Assembly (NCBI RefSeq): GCF_030028105.1
Contig: NC_092391.1
Location: forward strand, 44,799,223 to 44,863,222
Reading direction: 5' to 3'
DNA length: 64,000 nt
Source: Mobula birostris
Taxonomy: Eukaryota
The translations under genes and the position numbers were made by a program. How positions within the stretch are numbered: position 1 is the stretch's first letter; every line of letters begins with the position of its first letter. Below are positions 60,290 through 64,000 of this stretch, piece by piece. The notes below the pieces were generated by a model. That model ran no database searches and was not told the origin of the DNA. It saw nothing but the letters and a program-made list of their open reading frames with translations.

Positions 60290-61190
60290 TATTCATTTAT
60301 GAGATGTGGGCATTGCCAGCTGAGCCAGCATTTATTGCCCATCCCTAGTTGCCCTTGAGAAGGTGGTGCTGAGCTGCCTTCTTGAACCACTGCAGTCCCC
60401 GAGGTGTGGGTATACCCACAGTGCTGTTAGGGAGGGAATTCCATGAGTATGACCCAGCGACAATGAGGGATCGGCGATATGTTTCCAAGTCAGGATGCTG
60501 AGTGACTTGGAGAGGGATTTCCAGGTGATGGTGTTCCCAGGTATCTGCTATTCTCTTCCTTATAGATGGCAGTGGTCGGGGGGCTGGAAGGTGCTGCCTT
60601 AGGAACTTTTGGTGTGTTGTTGCAGTGCATCTTGTCGATAGTACATACTGCTGCAACTGTTCATTGATGGTGGAGGGATTGGATAGTTGTGGAAGGGGTA
60701 CCAATCACGTGGGCTGCCTTGTACTGGATGGTGTTAAGCTTCTTGAGTGTTGATGGAGCTTCACTCATCCAGGTGAGTGGCGAGTATTCCATTACACTCC
60801 TGACCCGAGCCTTGTAGATGGTGGACAGGCTTTGGGGAGTCAGGTGATTTACACAGGACTCCTAGCCTTTGACCTGCTCTGGTAGCCACAGTGTTTAGAC
60901 CAGTTCAGTTGCTGTCGATGGTAACCCCCAGGATGTTGAAGATAGGGGATTCAGTGATGGTGATGTGACTGAATGTCAAGGGATGATGGTTAGAGCCTCT
61001 CTTGTTGGAGATGGTCATTGCCTGGCACTTGTGTGGCTCAGAAATTACTTGCCACTTGTCAGCCTCAGCCTGGATATTGTCCAGGTCCTGCTGCATTTGG
61101 GTATGAGCTGCTTCAGTATCTGAGGAGTCACGAATGGTGCAGAACATTGTGCCGTCACCTGCAAACATCCCCACTTCTGACCTTATGACA
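60290..61190 (-). mobile_element. CR1-group LINE 3' portion
   Basis: MFAGDGTMF...QQDLDNIQAEADKWQV...KCQAMTIS...SWNSLP. Confidence 0.8.
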
Positions 61191-61931
61191 AAAATACTAC
61201 AGGGCACGTGTTTACGGTGAGAGGGAGAATGTTTAAGGGATACGTGCGGGTTGAGCTCTGTTTTACAAGGACAGTGCCGGGTGGCTGGGATGAGCTGCCA
61301 GAGGAGGTGGTCGAAACAGATGTGACAGTGGCATTTAGGCAGGCATGTGAATAGGTGGGGAATGGAGGGATATGGGTCATGTCGAGGCTGTAGGGATTTA
61401 GTTTAATTTGGCATTGTGTTTGGCACAGACCTGGGCTGAGATTTTGCTGCTGTGCTGTACATTTTTATCTGCCGTCAGTTCACACTTCACAGCCAGAATG
61501 TGCAAACCTCCACTGGGGGTTTTTGCTCATCGACAGTGTTTCTCTTCTCTGAGAGTTTGAAAGCTTTCTCACAGGATCGGAGAACGGCTGATAACGAACT
61601 GTAAGAGGGGAGGGGGGGGCCTTCAGCAGAAGGCAACTGGGACAAAGTGGCTGGACGCTGCGGCGTGGGAGGGGAGCACTTCTACTGACCCTGTGAAGGC
61701 GTCTCCTGCCTGGGAGTGTCTTTTGGGACGGCCGGAGGGGGACACTGCACAGGGGGTGCTCCAGGTCCCTGCTACACAGAAGTGTGCTGTCCCCCCACAT
61801 GCCGGGAGTATGCATGGGGTGCTGGGTTTGAGTGGGGGGGGGGGAACGGTGACGTTGCAGCTGAGCAGGGTGAGTTGTGGGAGGGGCTGGTGGACTTGTG
61901 GGTTCTGACAGCGGTTTCTCCCTACCCACAG

Positions 61932-62033
61932 GCTGAAGCCGCCCGGCGGACCTCGGGGAGGCTGGACCAGCTGCTGCCCAAGCTCCAACTCGTCAGCCGC
62001 TGCCTCGCCGACCTCACCTCCTGTTCGGCCAAG
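61932..62033 (+). CDS. SAPCD2: SAPCD2 coding exon 5: AEAARRTSGRLDQLLPKLQLVSRCLADLTSCSAK
   Basis: cccacag|GCT...AAG|gtctgg, phase 0-0. LLPK.Q.V.RCL motif. Confidence 0.9.
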
Positions 62034-63393
62034 GTCTGGTTCCAGCAAATTACCCCACCTCCTCCCCCCACCCCACCCCCATCCTGTCTCTGGTCCGGGT
62101 CGACCCTCTGGGGTCCCCGTCACATTGTCCTCCCCTTTCACACCCTGTTCCCGTTCCCCGGCTGACATCCACACCAAGCCAAGCCCATTGCCTCTTGCTG
62201 AACTGACTGGGCCGTGGGCCCTCCCCCATTGTTTAATGTGTGGGGACGGAGAGGGGCAGCTGCTCACCCTAGTGGTCACTGAGCTTGCCTGTGCCCACAG
62301 GTGTTGTGTTACCCTGGTGCTTTGAGTCCCTCTGTTTCTGAACTCTGATCCCACGTGTGCACCCATGTCTCGCTGAGTGGGGGGGAGATTTGGTCAGAGG
62401 GTCTGGAACCTAACCCGGCCCCTTCCCGGACAACGGACACTCTCACCCTGACCCTGTGCTCTTGGGGAGGGGTGCACCATCTGGGGTTCTACAGTGTCCC
62501 AGCCAATGGCCACTGCCATCAAAACTCACACCATTTCGGTGGGACGTAGCATCTATGAACAAGGGTAAACAGCTGACGTTTTGAGCCGAGGCTGATTTCC
62601 AGCGTCAGCAGATTTTCTCTTGTTTGCGGTCAGGCCATTTCAGTGGGATGCGTTAGCCCATAAAATCACACTGCACTGAAACAGGCCATTCTGCCCATCT
62701 GAGTCTGTGCTGGCCACCAACCACCCATTTACACTATTCGTAAATTAATCCTAATTTAAAATAAATTCTTCCCCATGTTCCCAACAAGCTGTGGGGAAAC
62801 TCACCATGACCGATTAACCAACCAATCTGCAGGTCTTGGTGATGTGGAAACTGGAACATCTGGAGGCAGCCCGGATGTTTAGCCTCCCCCCGAGAGCAGA
62901 CAGGGATGGGGTCCGAGCAGGAGTGTGCGAACTCCACACAGACAGTGGGATTGAACCCAGGTCTCTGGTGCTGTGTGAGGCAGCGACTGATCCCGCTGCC
63001 CCATGGTCCTCCTGCTGTTGCCCTCCCGCTGAATGTTGTGGCCACGTTTAATCGCACAGTGCTCTCTACTGCCCTGGGGCTGAGAAAGACCCTGGGAAGA
63101 TGTGTCCCTGTGGAGAGAGGCTGCAGTGGTGCCCGGTCTGTCAGTGGGGTCTGTGGGACAAGCTGCAAGGGGAACTGTATTTCTCCCATTTTGCTTTGCC
63201 CTGTATCTAACCCTGACCTTCCTGGACCCAGTGGATGACCAGCTGATCCCTGCGTCCCTGCATTAATTCGGACCGAGGAGCGCCTGGCACTTGGATGTGG
63301 GGACGTCCGCTTCCTTCTAAAGGCTGGGTGTGGACTGTTTGTCTCTGTCGTGCGAGAGTGTTTTCAGACACTGCTCTGCTCTCCTGCCCACAG

Positions 63394-63519
63394 CCACTGG
63401 CGAGGTCATCCAATGCGGCAGATGGCCCAGACCGATCCATCCCAGCCAGCGTTCCGGGACTCGGGAACAACGCGCAGGTGGTCAGCATGCTGAAGGAGCA
63501 GAACCGGCTGCTCACCAAG
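63394..63519 (+). CDS. SAPCD2: SAPCD2 coding exon 6: ...QVVSMLKEQNRLLTK; terminal exon lies beyond the window
   Basis: cccacag|CCA...AAG|gtggga. MLKEQNRLLT motif. Confidence 0.9.
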
Positions 63520-64000
63520 GTGGGAGACGGGGTTGGGGGGGGGCTGCGGAAGGGGGTGCGATCCGCAGCACGTTCACGCGGTCGAGTCTGCTGCCTGTTC
63601 CCTGCTGGGCGTGTCCGGACTCCATTCCCCCCCCTCCCCGTGGTCTCCGGGGTATCCGTCCCAGCAGGGGATCATTCACGTTCACCACAGCTGCTTGGAC
63701 TGATCCAGCCCTCCCGGCCTCGGTTCCCCGGTGACAGAGCTGTGGCAGGTTCGGATGCTGTGATGAATTCAGTTCTTGTTCACCCCCAGCCTGGGTGAGC
63801 GTAGTCACCGCCTGCACGACCACCTCCTTGGAGGACAGCTGCCCACCCCCCCCCCCCAACTGCCCAAATAGTCTGGCGAACCTTTACGCACTTCCCCTGG
63901 TTGGCGTATCTCCTTGGCTGGGGATTCCAGTTGTGGTCTGACCTTCCTCCGCTCCGAACTCACAGCTGGGGTCATTGAGGAGCCTTCCGTTGCCCGGGGG

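Noticed and set aside
63361-63367. Alternative SAPCD2 acceptor ttttcag
   Set aside because: 26 nt upstream of the used acceptor, so it would shift the frame away from MLKEQNRLLT.

Overview
Vertebrate genomic DNA, most likely a cartilaginous fish (ray or shark, inferred from HE1-like SINEs plus abundant CR1, Rex1/Babar and Penelope repeats). It holds three spliced genes: the first coding exon of EDF1 (minus strand); a complete 9-exon UAP1L1-type UDP-GlcNAc pyrophosphorylase (minus strand, 1479-nt CDS, 492 aa; two small exons are absent from the ORF track); and the first six coding exons of SAPCD2 (plus strand), head-to-head with UAP1L1. Introns and intergenic DNA are packed with nested LINE fragments, SINEs, DNA-transposon relics and minisatellites, and there is one 679-N assembly gap. 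The most striking signal is a 508-bp non-coding retroposon (40027-40534) with a perfect 14-bp target-site duplication. Its first nucleotide begins a hand-foldable HDV-like ribozyme that has an unusual hairpin inserted in loop L3. A second, unrelated retroposon shows a partial version of the same architecture, and the Penelope elements carry degenerate minimal hammerhead motifs. All calls were read by eye; none were checked against databases, and repeat boundaries without a TSD or TIR are approximate.
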